In this document: in pieces, positions 11,744 through 25,172 of the stretch
How the letters are laid out: every line of letters begins with the position of its first letter
How positions within the stretch are numbered: the first letter of the stretch is position 1
From: Cirrosporium novae-zelandiae
Taxonomy: Eukaryota
NCBI GenBank assembly: GCA_026023565.1
Contig: JAPETS010000031.1
Location: 186,001 to 250,000 of the forward strand
Reading direction: 5' to 3'
DNA length: 64,000 nucleotides
Program-made: the position numbers and the translations under genes
Notes under the pieces: model-generated
Database searches by the model: none
Told to the model about the DNA's origin: nothing
The model's input: only the letters and a program-made list of their open reading frames with translations

Positions 11744-14588
11744 TCACTCTACAAATTGAATATCCTCAAACACACTTCTGTTAAAAAACCTATGAACCTT
11801 TCTCGCAGCCTCAATCCCAACCAACGGCTCTATTTCCTCCATGCTCATATTCGCTAATTCTTGTAGACTATCCACCTCTACTACAATCCTATCCAAGCTT
11901 TTCTCGGTAATACCAGGAATGGCCCTTAGCATATCCTGTGGCGTTTGATTAAACGTCTGATCGCTTGGATCTTCGCCATCGGATAGACCGATCTGCACGG
12001 CCTTCATTGGGTCTGGCTCATCTTGGTTTTTCTTGAGCTCTTCGAAAATTTCCGCCGTCTGGTATGGCGATGAAGACCATATGATTTTTAGACGTGGAAA
12101 TGCTAGAGTCAGGAGCGCAATTTTGGACTGGAGATCAGTAGAGTTGTCAGAGGATACAGCCTTGGTCAGGTCAGCAAATGGATCAAGCGTAAAAGATTTG
12201 TTCTCGTCAAACTCAATCAGGAGCATGGGATTCTTGTAATGGAGGGCCATGGTCTCAGCCTGGTTGAAAAGACGGCCGCTTTTGAAAGACTGTATGAGGT
12301 CGCTGATGGATTTACGTTCCACACAGATGTTAGGGCTGAGCACGTAGTCACCAACTGTCAGTTGACACGGTAATACCACCAAGTTTCGGCCGTGTAGCAA
12401 TGAAGGTAGGGAGCTGCGAAATTCTCGAGTGTCTACCACTACCAAGGGTGGTTGTGCGGTAGCAGCGAGACGACCGCCACCTGCAATTCTGGTATTGACA
12501 GTTCGAAGGAATCGTTCTTGGGGATCTTCAACGCCTTGTCCTTCTAATGTAAGAACAACAGACAAGTTTCCCCTTTCTTTGATGAGTTTGGTGAATGCAT
12601 CCTTTTCCCTTCGTACTGCGCTCAGATATCGCTGTTCTTCTACCGAACCACTATAATACATAAAGTACACCCGAATATTGCGCTCGGTATGAGAACTTCT
12701 GTAAACCTCGACTCGGCGAATGAACGCTGGGTCTGGTTCATACATGATAATGTAGCGAGGTTTGGTTTCTTCAAGAACGTGCTCATCCATATCACCATCA
12801 TAAGGATGAACAACTACCAAATCATCCATTTCATATAGTTCGAAATAATCTTCTGTATCATCTAGATTGTCTATAGTAATTTCTTGCTTCGCCGTCTGGT
12901 CTGCGTCGGTCGGCTGAACCCAATCGAGAAGGTCGGCAACATGGGCTGCTCTCTCTTCGCCAGCCAAAACGCTACCGCTATACATTCTTGATGAGCTCGC
13001 TGCTACAGCACCGCCGCGGGTCCTTCTTCGCTTGTTTGGTAGCTGTTTTCCGCGAAAATTTTTGATGCCCTTATGCTCTGCGACTGAGTGGAGAGCTTTC
13101 TGGTTCTCCTCAAATAGCGTAGTGCTTATCTTCGAAAATTCCTTCTTCCAATTGAGATAATTTCGAAGTTTCCGTCGCATCATAAAGCTTGCAGATGGCC
13201 CGGGATCCCGCTTTTCTTCGGTTATGATGTCCATTGTTTGTAAATACTCACGAAGTTGTCGACATGTATTTGTGTCAGTGCACATTACCAAAATCGTTCC
13301 ATCGGAGCCATCTCGAATGACTGGATTGTAATAGGCGTCCCTCTCTATTTCCTCTAAAACTTCAGCCAACAATGCCCACTTGGGTTGTTCCTCCAGGACA
13401 GGGCGTAATTCACCAGAAAGGCTATCAGAAGTATTTGGCGTTTCACTATTCGTTACCTTTCCAGTATAAACTCTTCGTTTAGCTGTTTGAAAAATCGTGT
13501 TTGCTGCATCAAGGAATAGCCAAGGAGATTGGTTCTGCTTGGTAGACCCAGGAGGAGGTGAATGTGCAGCAAGGACCGTATCAAGGTAGCGAAGAAAAGA
13601 CACAGCATCGTACGTCAATAATGAATGAAGAATGTTGCGGAGCACTGTTAAGTCGCCCGATATTTGCCTAGTCTTATAACTTACTCGATGCCAAACTGGA
13701 TTAAGTTGCCGTCGGACAATGACATCAAAGTCCTTATGAAGTGCATTGTCAAGATTCCAGTCCCCCATTTCTAGCCCTGTATTGGCTTTCTTAAGCTCTC
13801 CAATGCTAACTTCCACACACTCGAGGATCGCATTTTGAATATCTTTCATACTCTGCGTCAATGGCACCTCCAACTCAATGACCTCGGCTTTCTTGCGGCC
13901 CTCTAGTGATTTGGCGACAGTGGCTTGGAACCTAGGCCATAATGATGGTGTTCGCAAGAAAAGATTCCGCATCCGTGTAGCCAGAGGAGCAAACCCAACC
14001 GTGAAAGGCTCGGGGCTGTCTGAAAATGCCTTGAGGAATCCAGTCTTATTGGCCTGTCGATAAACACGGATAATAAAGGCTTCGCTTGAAGTGGCCACTA
14101 TTCGTTCTGAATGGAGCACAATCATGCCAGTAATCATGGCTGGGTCAAGGAGCTTCGACAGCAGGTCAACAACTAAGATGCGCGATGTTATACTCATTAT
14201 ACCCCCGCGTGCATATACTTTTTGCCTGATTCCGACACTTGTTGTATCCGTATTTACGACCTTTAGGCCCCTTGCCAATGGGGACTTGCTGACAGCAGCC
14301 TGCTCCGCCAAAGCTTCACCGATCCAGTCATTTTCCCTATCTTCGGCACCGACTATTACAATCAAATTTTGTCCTTGGGCATCATAGTGATGGAGGAGGT
14401 TTGTGACAATACGTAGTAGCCCAAGGCCACGCGCCAATAGAACCAATTCATCCTGGCTGCGAAGTTCGGAGAAGATGTCTTGCTGGTATTCCTATCTTTT
14501 GTTAGTTGTGATAGGTTTGCGCGACGGTTTAATTATTTACCAAGGGAAGCGCAATCCTCACTGGACCGAGTTCATTGTCTGAGGGCAT
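11744..14588 (-). CDS. RAD1: DNA repair endonuclease XPF/Rad1 (ERCC4 family)
   Basis: Exon 1 MPSDNELGPVRIALPL, intron ~14492-14540, then EYQQDIF..LARGLG. Nuclease motifs VVDTREFRS, GDYVLS and VERKSISDL; C-terminal HhH region. Confidence 0.97.
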
Positions 14589-14847
14589 TTAGGCATTTAG
14601 ACTGAATCATATGTTCCTTCGCTTGAGTTTCAACAAGGCTGAGAGTATCGGAGAATTCACGAACATGACTCGTAGCACGTGACACTACGTCAGCTACAAC
14701 TACATCACCTCTTACACTTTGGACGCTACTTTCGAAAGTGAATATCACAATGAGAGAATCTTCATTTCCAGTATTTCTATTCTAATCATTCCATGTCCCA
14801 CTATTGAGATCATGTAGAACCATAGTCACGGTAGCAGCTATCTACCA

Positions 14848-15111
14848 CTATTTATTCAAGGCCTCTGCACGAGCCTTCAACTCCTCTTTCGAGGCCCTTG
14901 GTGGCATTTCTGTAGAATACGAGTTTAATTACCAACCATATGTAAGATTGGGATTTTTTGACCTACCGTTATCAGATGCAGGAATGACAGGCCCTTGGTT
15001 CATAATATCTTGGATATGAGGCTTGGAAGATTCTTGGTTATCATCCTTCTTCGTGGAAGATGAAAAGGTTTCCTTGACCTTGTCGGTGATGGAGGTACCT
15101 TCGCTAGGCAT
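14848..15111 (-). CDS. Small (~68 aa) hydrophilic hypothetical protein, 2 exons
   Basis: MPSEGTSITDKVKETFS..NQGPVIPASDN | GTAGGT intron ending CTACAG | EMPPRASKEELKARAEALNK* (TAG 14848-14850). A TATA-like TATAAAT lies upstream at ~15226-15232 on the minus strand. Confidence 0.7.
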
Positions 15112-15879
15112 TCTGACTTGGAAGATGTATCTAAGGTATTTTAATAATTAGATATGGTATAAAAGTGAGAGATAATAATGAGAATGTTTGGGAAAAGATA
15201 AAGGGGAATGAAGGAAGAGGGCTGATTTATATTGAACTAGATGAGAACGAGAATGACGTAATTGAGTAACAGAGTAACAGAGAAAGGCAAGGCAACAAAG
15301 CAAGAAAAGCCGGGGGGGCGCCAATGATACAATGATATGGGTTATGGGTTATAACTTATAAGTTACACTCAAGTACCTGCATTGCTGCATTGTCTTGTAC
15401 GGGATTTCATTGATCCCTCCACACAGCTAACTTTATTAATTGCTGCCGCCTATCATTTGCTGCGGCACAAACGCTCAGCTGCCCAATTCCCAATTCCTCC
15501 AATTCTCCAGTACCCAAGTATCCCAGTAACTCTTCTCACGGCGCCAAATCATTGATTTTATTACTTTAAAACATTTTCACCACCTCATCTTTGTTTGAAC
15601 TTGACAAACTTATTACCAGTTACAAATTAGAAGAAGAAGAGAAAAACAAAAGAACTAATTAACCACTTTACATTGCTGACAAGGGATAATCGCCTCTCAG
15701 CTATTGGAGCACTAGCTAGCTAATCTGACTACCTCTTCGGTTCTTTAATTACCTTAACCTTCGATTTCCTTCTAACAGCCATACCGATGCCTCTTGCGGT
15801 TCGAGAGTTACCTCGACCTACTTAAACGTCTTTACGAATCTTCTTTGCTTCTCCAGAGTACCTTGTTACATCCATCGAC

Positions 15880-17939
15880 ATGCCTTCAATATTATCCGAA
15901 GACGATAAGGAAACCGTTAAGAGAAATGTACCGAGAGGATCGAATAAGATACAGGCGGTGGCCGTTGCGAGGCTTTATGTAGCCTACCCGAATCGTCACC
16001 GATGGACCTATACAGGCCTGCAAGGGGCTGCGGTCCTTGCAAACGACCTGGTTGGAAATACATTCTGGATTAAGCTGGTGGATATCTCTGTATGTCTTCA
16101 TATCTGTCAAGTTCGTCGGTAAATTCCTTTGCTGATATCAACCTCTAGCCTGCCAACCGAGGGGTTATTTGGGATCAGGAAATATATGAAAACTTTCCCT
16201 ATAATCAAGACCGAACCTTTTTCCACTCCTTTGAATTAGAGCAGTGTTTGGCTGGCTTTTCATTCATGGACGAAAAAGAAGCAAAGCAGTTTAAGAAAAA
16301 GATGGACGAGAGAGAGAAAAATGCCAGTAAAGCCACGAAAGCCACGCCATTTGGATCCGGTCACCATATGAATGGAAATGGAAAAAGCCACCATCGTCTT
16401 GGGGGATTTGGAAGTCTACTGCACAGCCATACCCACAGGTCCTCGTCGGCGCCAAACACCCAGCCTCCAACACCGTCAAGGCCAACAGGTCCTGGATCTC
16501 CTAGCCAGTCAGATGAAGCTCTTGTGATTGACGCCGCAGTTCTAGAAGAGTTAAAGGAAATGGGTATCACAGAGGACCAAATAGCGCAGAATGCGGAATT
16601 CATCAAAGCTTACATTGAGCAAAACCGACTGGCAGCCGAATCCAACAATGTTGATGGTGTACGACCGAAAGCTCCCCCTCCCCCTCCTCCTGCCCCCCCA
16701 GGCGTGGGAAGACTCAACTCCCTCAGCCCCCAGCATACAGGGGCTAGCAGGCGAGGTCCACCACCAGCACCACCTCCAACTCGAAGAAGCCGTCAAGAGT
16801 CACAGGTGAATGCGCCGCCTTCTCCACCAAAGTCCCCTCGTCAAGCAACACCGCCAGGACCTCCGCAACCACGCTTCCGTGCCCCTCCACCTTTGGCCGA
16901 TGCTGGAAAATATGCTCATATAGAGGTTACACCATCCAGGCCTAGAGCAACATCAGGCTCTATGCTTGCTAATCCAGGTCCTCCACCACCTCCTCGACCC
17001 CCCAAAACACCCGTAGAAGAATCACAAGATATCTCCCCAGGGTTCCGTGTACCACCACCTTTCCAAGGAGAACGTAGAATAGCACCCCCGCAACCACCAA
17101 GCCGAGGGCCTGTTCCACCACTGCCATCAAGTCGAGATACACCCGGTAGCAATCCTCCACCACTCCCACCGAAAGCTCCTCATGCACCTTCTTCTGGGCC
17201 ACCGTTACCACCGCCACCACCTCCAGCTCAGAGGAACCAAGCTTATAGCCCTCCACCTCCACCGCCTCCTCCAGCAAGCAGCAGACCCGTTCCTCCGCCT
17301 ATAAGTGCACCGTCAGCGCCGCCACCTCCGCCCCTTCCTAGCAACATCGCGCCGCCACCACCTCCCCTTCCATCATCGAACGCGCCACCACCACCTCCCC
17401 TTCCACAATCGAACGCACCACCTCCACCCCCTCTCCCGTCAACGAATGCCCCGCCAGCACCGCCACCGCCACCTCCACCAATGCCGTCTAGCAATGGACC
17501 ACCACCTCCTCCGCCTCCGCCTCCTCCTGTGCGCGCTGCCGGCGGACCTCCTCCGCCACCGTTGCCTGCTAGCGGTGGAAAAGCTCCATCTCTGCCAGCA
17601 GTGCCTGGTGGAAGAGATGACTTACTGGCCTCCATTCGTGCTTCAGGCGCCGGCGGTTTAAAGAAGGTTAAAGAGACCGACAAACGAGATAGGAGTAAAG
17701 CATTGGTTCCAGGTGGCGCTTCCGATGGACCAGCCAGCGGGGGCGGTTCTCCAGCGCCAGCAGGAGGCGAGGGTCTTGCTGGTGCTTTAGCTCTAGCTTT
17801 GAGTAAGAGAAAGGCCAAAGTTAGCCAAAGTGGTAAGTTTGGATGATTTAATTGGATCTTTTAAGTGCTGGTGCTGATATTCTCTACAGATGATGAAGAC
17901 GATGATGATGACTGGGATGATACTCCTAAAAGGAAGTGA
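15880..17939 (+). CDS. LAS17: WASP homolog (WH1, polyproline, WH2, acidic tail)
   Basis: WH1 (VARLYVAYPN..IWDQEIY..FFHSFE), long Pro-rich region, WH2 (GRDDLLASIR..LKKV) and terminal DDEDDDDDWDD. Introns ~16090-16148 and ~17833-17889. Confidence 0.96.
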
Positions 17940-18480
17940 TTTTTTTATGTACGCAGGCTTTGGAGGGCACGAATTTCTATGCAAAAGGATTGTTATAAGT
18001 CATACCCACTTTGCATATCAGTGTTTTCTCCAGCGGCTACGGGGTGCGAATGGGTATGGATTAAATGTCGGGTTCAGCGAGGCGCATAGGATCAGCATTA
18101 GCTAGGCGGATAGGCTACTTAGCCATGGGCGTGCATATGCGTATCCTGTAAATATTACAAGCCTTGGAAAGGTCAGAGGGCTACAACACCGGCATAACAA
18201 AATTAGAAGAAAGAATGCATAGCTACCACAACCATAGATGAGATATTTTGATAATTCTTTTAAGCCAGTAGAGTGAAAAATAGGAGATTGTAGGAATAAA
18301 TTATGAACGTTCGAGCTACATGGCTGTGACGGCGACGGCGACGGCGACGGCTAAGCTCCTCGGTCAAAGGCCTGCTGATGCCGACCACACCCTCAGGAAA
18401 AATCCTATCTCGAACAATAATTTTTGACCAGCTGGAATTTTTCCACCTTCTGTCAATGTCCCCTCGACCTTGATCGAGAG

Positions 18481-20293
18481 ATGAACACTCCGTCTCTAAG
18501 ATCCTTGGTTCCATCGCCCACACTACTTCGCTTCCTCAGATCTCAGTTCCAAGGGCCGTGTTACTTTACTGCAAATATCAAATCTTTCAATCATTTTCGA
18601 TCTACTCCCCAACACTTTCGACCTTTTTCCTTCCCAAGTCGTAGCCTTGCCTGCCTTTCCCCTCGAATAGACAATACGTTGCCCGCTCATCCAGGGCTCC
18701 TCGAAGCTTCAGTTTTGAACCTTGACTTCCTATGGCCACGCTCCCAAGGCAAACGAGTACCTCCACCTCCACGTTTTGCGAACACCCAGTCCCCTAGATG
18801 TATTCATTTCTCGACAGCGCAAAATTTTCTACTGAGAAATGACTCCAGAGGAGTATCAACGCAAAGCCGCGCCAGGCGTCTTTTCTCAAGGGTTTGGGGT
18901 TATAGGCGCAAAAACCCAGAGAAAGATGACTCGTCTATAAACGACTTCCCTCTACTGCCCGGGTTTCTTGATGATGAATTAGAGAGTTCCATGTTCAGTC
19001 TTGAACGTATTGCAGGTAAACCCAATGAGCAAATGCTCCGGTGTACCGAGATAAATGAGCATGGAAATACCGCTTTCATGAATGAGAAATTTAAGAAGAG
19101 CGAGCTGATAGCCAAGGTTGGATACCATTGCGCCTACAATATTTCTATAATTTTACTAACCAAGTATAGTACGGCCTAATGCCTCGAGACCTTCGAAAAA
19201 TCGACTCATCCGGCCTCCCGAGCATCCTCGTGCGACCGTCTGCCATTCTCATTAACCTCCTCCACCTCCGCCTGCTTATCAAGCATGACCGTGTACTTGT
19301 ATTTAATACCTATGGGTCGACAGATTCTTTTAATCAAAAAGTGTTTATAGACGATTTACGAGAAAAACTCCATCACCAAAAAGAGAATGCGCGAGACGGT
19401 GCAGGTCTTCCATACGAATTTAGGGCTTTGGAAGCAGTTCTTATTGGTGTGACCAGCGGGCTTGAGGCCGAGTTTGATATTATCAGGGATCCGGTTGTAA
19501 GAGTATTAGGGGCCCTTGAGGTGGATATTGATAGAGAAAAGTTGCGCTATCTACTTATTTACTCGAAGAAGTTGGGAAGTTTTGAGCGAAAGGCTAGACT
19601 GGTCCGGGACGCAATTGATGATCTCCTAGAAGCGGACGATGATCTCGCCGCCATGTATCTGACGGAGAATGCGTATGGGAAAATACGAGAAGAGGATGAC
19701 CATCAGGAAGTTGAAATGCTCCTCGAATCATATTACAAGGTTTGCGACGAAATTGTGCAAGAGAGCGGCAATCTAGTCAGCAGCATCCGCAACACGGAAG
19801 AGATGTCAGTACCAAACCCACCCCCTTCCAGCCCATATCTTAAATTCTAAAACCCCCAACCCACAGCGTCAAAGCGATCCTCGACGCCAACCGAAACTCC
19901 CTAATGCTCCTGGACCTAAAATTCAGTATCGGCACCCTCGGCATCGGCGCCGGCACCTTCATCGCCGGCCTCTACGGCATGAACTTGAAAAACTTTCTCG
20001 AAGAATCTAACTTCGGCTTCCTCGGCATCTCGGCCTGGTCATTCTTATTCTCGAGCCTCATCTGCTATTACGGCCTGACGAAGCTGAGAAAGGTCCAGCG
20101 CGTTAGCATGTGGGGGGAGCAAGGGAGGAAGAGCAAGGGCAGCTGGAGGGACTTCAATCCCTTACCGCATGTGCCGGGTGAGTCGATGGAGGAGATGTCG
20201 AGGCGACTGAGGGAGAGGAGGGCTATTTTGAGGGGTAAGATGGGTGCTAATCCCGGCACGAGGGACGGTTGCGTCAAGAAGAATAAGAGGTAG
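18481..20293 (+). CDS. MRS2: Mitochondrial inner-membrane Mg2+ channel (CorA/Mrs2 family)
   Basis: Presequence-like N-terminus; LRCTE, PRDLRKID, LPYEFRALE, EMLLESY and the GMN signature (YGMNLKN). Introns ~19116-19169 and ~19805-19866. Confidence 0.93.
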
Positions 20294-21436
20294 ACTTCTT
20301 CTTCTTCTTCTTCTTCTTAGAAGGTCCGTCATATTTTTTTATCACGGATGGGATTCTATTTTTGCTTCATTGGGGGGGGGCGTCAGGATCCTGTAAGGTT
20401 ACTAAAAAAAAAAGGGCTTGATAGAAAGGCTAGGGGGGGTGTATGGATGGGTGGACTTATTAACCCGTCGGATACGAGGGAGACGGGTATGTATAAAAGC
20501 AAAAAAGCAGCATCAGTATTAACCAACCACTTTACTTCTTCTTCATCAATACATTATTATTTATTATCCCATTACAATTACTGTTTTTGGAATCTACTAC
20601 CCCCGCCCTGATGATGAGCGCGGGTCGATGAATATCTCGCTTTACTTATATTTCTTTTTGCCTCCAACGTTATTCACTAACCCGGCAGAGGGAGTGAGAA
20701 GAGAGAGTATATTTATATTTTTACATAGGGTTATATCCATAGTTATCTATATCCATATCCACATCCATATCCAATTCCACATAGCGTAGCATAACACACA
20801 CACACACACACACGGATAGACTATTTAAAATCCAAGCTCCTTACGCTACCTACGCTACCTACTCAACCAAATCCAAACACAAATCCAAAAAAAAAAACTT
20901 CCATTCACTCGGTTTGCTAAAAGATAAGGGTTATTCGGGTTATTCTAGATGTAGACTATATATATATAATTAGATTAGTATAACTACTTTTAACTCCAAT
21001 TCCAATTTTAGTTTTAGTTCTAGCAGGCGTAATAAATAGTGTGTCTATATCTGTAGATTCTACCCCCCCTCCCCCCTCCATAAATCCCACCGCACTAAAC
21101 CCGACCGCGCTTGTTTACACATACAGTACTGTAGATGTAGATGGATATATAGATAGATAAAAACAAGAACAAGAAGACTCCGAGTTGAAAGTGAATGAAT
21201 GAATGAAATACCCTAAAACTCCTAACTAAGAGATTTGAAAATAACACTGTGCTAGCCTCCCTCCCTCCCTCCCTCCCGCATTGTATTGCATGTATTGCAT
21301 TCATCAAACTCATGAACTCATAAATTCATTTTTCCCTCAAATACCTATATCGTATCCTTCCTTCGTTCTTTCATTACCTAGCCTAGCTAAACTATCCACC
21401 ACCCCCTTTTCCCTTTTTTCTTCATGACCTATCTAT

Positions 21437-23815
21437 CTATCTATCCGAAAGAGCCTCATTCAATCTTTCCGACAGCAATGTCATGCGTTCTTGTAGCTCG
21501 CGCGTTTCTAGCGCCAGGGCGTTTAGGGAGGGTTGGGGATGGGGATTTGTGGGGACTCTTCCATTAGCAGTTGAGGAATAAGGTGGAGATGGAAATGAAA
21601 ATGGAGATGCTAGATATTGTTGTTGTTGTTGTTGGGTTTGGGAGGTAAATTTGTGTGTTGTTGGATGGAGAGGCTGCTGCTGGAGATCTAGTTTAGTGCT
21701 TCTGGGTTGTGATTGCAATTGTGATGATGATGATGATGACGATGACGACGATATTAATGAGGAGGATGTTGTAGTTGTGGTTGAGGTTGAGGTTGATGGG
21801 TGGTGAGGTGTTTTTATCACGAATGAGGTTGGTGATGAGCCTCCTGTTCTGTAGGTCCCTGTGATGGGGTTTTGTTCTACTATCAGCATGATCCGGGACA
21901 TGGAATTTGAGGTTGTGGTTGAGTATGAGGCTGGGTTGGGTGTTGTCCTCGAGGTGTGTTTGTTGCTATTGCTCTTTCCGGTTCGAGTCGACTGAGCGGA
22001 CCGAGATGAGTATATACTAGAGGAAATGGGTTCATCTGCCATTGCCGAGGAGGCGATTGACGGGTTCGAGCAGGATTGGGAATCGGATTCGGAAATCTTC
22101 GTATTTTCGGATATTTGCGTCTGCGGGGCAGCTGACTCTGTTGTTTGTGGATTCTGGGGCTCGTTGTTTTTGGTGGTGGTGGCCCGGCAGCCATAATAAG
22201 CGTGAATGTCGCTTTCTTTCTGCCAACGGACTTGATCTTCACGAAACTTGCGCTGGCTTTTGGATGTTTCTGTTGAGCTCCTTCTCGACTGTGGTGCTCG
22301 ACCAAGCATAGATGACGAGTGTTTTAGTGATGAGGCTTGGCTCTTTGGATTGCGTTCGCAACTGGTGCACTGGTGGGCTTCGGATTTTGTGTCTAGAGCT
22401 GTGCGGAAGGAAACCTGGCTTGCTGGAGAGTCTGTGTCTGATGGAGAAGTCATGCAATGACCCTTTTTAGGAGGAGCGGAATCTTCGTTTCGTCGTTGCT
22501 CAGGTAGAGATGGGAGCGCTCGTTTGGGTGCTGGGCCAGGATCAGCTGATTTCCGCAACGAGTATTTTGGACTACAGCTTCTTGCTGTAATTGGGGTTGC
22601 ATCATTTTTGGTCTTTGTAAGTTGGTCCACTATGCTGGCGCATGCTATCTCTGGACGAACTCCTGGCTGATAACATGCTTTGGGACAGATCGAAGGTGTT
22701 TTGGACTTGACCTTAAGCGGTGCAGGCGCTAGAGGTACACTTGGACGTGCATCTGGGAGGGTATCCCACATTTGAGAATCCTCCTTTGTAGGGGAGGCAT
22801 CTCCAGTTGACGTTCCTCGTTTGGAGTTTGAACCATGTTCTTCAAGATTTGATGCCAGTGTGACAGGTGTACCACCACGCGATTGATTTCGGTCTCCCTT
22901 TTGAGCTCTAGTAGTGTGGGGAGATACTACCTTCCAGTTCTTCGTGTTCTTCAAGTCCCTCTCCAGAGGCGAACTGGGATAGGCGAGTGCGAAGCGATCT
23001 GGAGTACACCTTGTTGAGACTCCGGTAACAAATTCCTCCCCAATCTCCTCTAAAATTGATGGATCCAAACTCATTCCATCTGAAACCACAACTTTGACGG
23101 GACTGTGGCCTTGAGTGGATGACCGCGATGGATCTGTTGGCCAACTCAAAGTAGACTGAGTGTCGGAACATGTCATACCAGCAAGACCTGAATCTACATC
23201 TAATAGAATTGACGGATCTAGAAAGTCAATGTCTTCTTCGCATAATGACCCGCAGTGCACGTCATTGGATTCGCTTCGACGCTCGCCCATATCCAGCCGG
23301 GAGCCTCTAGAACTAGCTTCAAGCTGGTAGGCTCTCTTTAGTTCCTCTTCATCGATAACAATCGGTGCATGTCTGCATCTTGTCGAAGAACCATCATGAG
23401 ACTTATTTCCGCTGACTTTGGATACGAACCTTGAGCGTTTTCGTCGTAAGATATGACCGGACGGCTTTCGCTGCAAAGATCTTCGAGAGAATGGTCGAAG
23501 CAAGTTTAGTGGGGTTTTCACCAGGTGGCTTTTATCAGGATTTGCTAGCAGATTATTCGCTGCGCCAAATGAATAGTCGTGCTTCAACTCAAAAGGGTCT
23601 CTGTCCTGAATAGCTGGCTCCTTGTCTTTCAAGTACTCAAGAAAATTGACAAGATCGGCGGAATTTTCATGAGTTGTGGATGGATCTGGTTTGACCTTCC
23701 GGTGCTGGCGTTCACGTCCGGTCGAGGTAGACAAGAGATGAATGTTTTCAAATCGACGGTCCGGAATGATTGGTGCAGGAGCAGCGTCGTCGTCATAATC
23801 GTAGTCATAAGACAT
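21437..23815 (-). CDS. Hypothetical Ser/Thr/Pro-rich disordered protein with a C-terminal coiled coil
   Basis: 792-aa uninterrupted ORF; short ordered motif DLVNFLEYLK; C-terminal LETRELQERMTLLSERLNEAL. No recognisable domain. Confidence 0.7.
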   Translation of the reverse strand: MSYDYDYDDDAAPAPIIPDRRFENIHLLSTSTGRERQHRKVKPDPSTTHENSADLVNFLEYLKDKEPAIQDRDPFELKHDYSFGAANNLLANPDKSHLVKTPLNLLRPFSRRSLQRKPSGHILRRKRSRFVSKVSGNKSHDGSSTRCRHAPIVIDEEELKRAYQLEASSRGSRLDMGERRSESNDVHCGSLCEEDIDFLDPSILLDVDSGLAGMTCSDTQSTLSWPTDPSRSSTQGHSPVKVVVSDGMSLDPSILEEIGEEFVTGVSTRCTPDRFALAYPSSPLERDLKNTKNWKVVSPHTTRAQKGDRNQSRGGTPVTLASNLEEHGSNSKRGTSTGDASPTKEDSQMWDTLPDARPSVPLAPAPLKVKSKTPSICPKACYQPGVRPEIACASIVDQLTKTKNDATPITARSCSPKYSLRKSADPGPAPKRALPSLPEQRRNEDSAPPKKGHCMTSPSDTDSPASQVSFRTALDTKSEAHQCTSCERNPKSQASSLKHSSSMLGRAPQSRRSSTETSKSQRKFREDQVRWQKESDIHAYYGCRATTTKNNEPQNPQTTESAAPQTQISENTKISESDSQSCSNPSIASSAMADEPISSSIYSSRSAQSTRTGKSNSNKHTSRTTPNPASYSTTTSNSMSRIMLIVEQNPITGTYRTGGSSPTSFVIKTPHHPSTSTSTTTTTSSSLISSSSSSSSSSQLQSQPRSTKLDLQQQPLHPTTHKFTSQTQQQQQQYLASPFSFPSPPYSSTANGRVPTNPHPQPSLNALALETRELQERMTLLSERLNEALSDR

Positions 23816-25172
23816 TCTTCCAGATATCGTATTTCAAAAATCTTACTAGATGTTCTAACTAGAACAGATAAGTATCTCCCTCTTCGCATCTCTAGAATGA
23901 AATAGCAGAGATTGTTTCTTCATGTAATAACCTAAAATGACGGGGCATGGATGTTTAGATCAATTAAGACAAGAACAGGGGCATGAGGTGCATCTATTTG
24001 GTACCCTCTAAGAACAAGAAGATGCTGTACAACATTTCTGTCAACGTCGGGATCGGGCAGTAATAACATGGGTTGCCATGGTGACCCATGATCCCAGCTG
24101 GAGAATCTCCAAAGGTTCAGGGTGACAATAAAAGACCCTGTTCGCTCAGCCTGGGTGAATATATCCCTTGAAGGGGCGGGGATGCAGGAAAACCAAAAGA
24201 GGAAAGGTAGAGGGCCAATGTACCCCATAATATATATTATGCGGACCATGGGATCACAGTGGAGCAGAAAAGCTACGGGTGTATCACGGCTCACGGCGGT
24301 GATGCAAGGGACAACAGCTGCATTATATACCTGATTTATTGAAAATCAAATTTGCCAAACCATTGAATGCTAGGTTTCGAAGATGTTGATGAACTCTTGA
24401 AAAGACCAACTGATGTTTAAGAGGAAAGTGGAGTACTGCTACTCGACCTTGTTGACTGAACTTGACTTTCAATGGTCAGCCTAAAAGAAGATCGAGAAAA
24501 ACAAAATCTTAACTGCTGTGCGTCTGCTTGTGCGTCTGCTTGATGCAAGTGGTAGCAAGCAGCGGCAAGCACCCGAGTCGGTGAAGACGATGTGATACAC
24601 GAATTAATAGCACAATCAAAGATCAACCAGCCTCAACCAACATTAGTCCTCAGCTTCACTCAGCTATAATCAACAACAGATAATCAAGTAAGAAATTATT
24701 TTTTGATCAATTTGGCCAATGCTCCAGTCTTTCTCCAGAGGCCTCGAAAGAAATCTTGTAGATATAGTTAGTAGTTTGTTTTTTTAGTATGCCCTTTTCA
24801 TGACTTATTAACGGGTGCTGGCTTTGTGTACCCTCGACCGTGTGATGCCAAGTGTTGGCACTCATCTCTCTACCCCCTTTTGCTTTTCCGCGAGAGGTAA
24901 TCATCTATCAAATTCAAAGGACGCCAGAATTAGCACAGTATCTATCTACCTGTCATTAGCCAGATTCCCCCGGAGCTAATGACCCCTGCCACATTTGATA
25001 TGCATAAACAACCATCGAGTCTTGTACAGTACATTACATGAAACGCATAGACGAAATATTGAACGCCCAAGCTTTCAGACCATTGCGCCATTAAAATGCT
25101 TCAACACGTCTCCTTGCACTCAAGCGACGCCTTGCCAGATATGCCCCTATGTATACCAGCCTGAGAAAACAG

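Noticed and set aside
17243..17818. Gly-rich antisense ORF, and similar shadow ORFs over RAD1, SEN1, DNF1, VMA4 and NIPA
   Set aside because: These are by-products of codon bias in the real gene on the opposite strand or in another frame.
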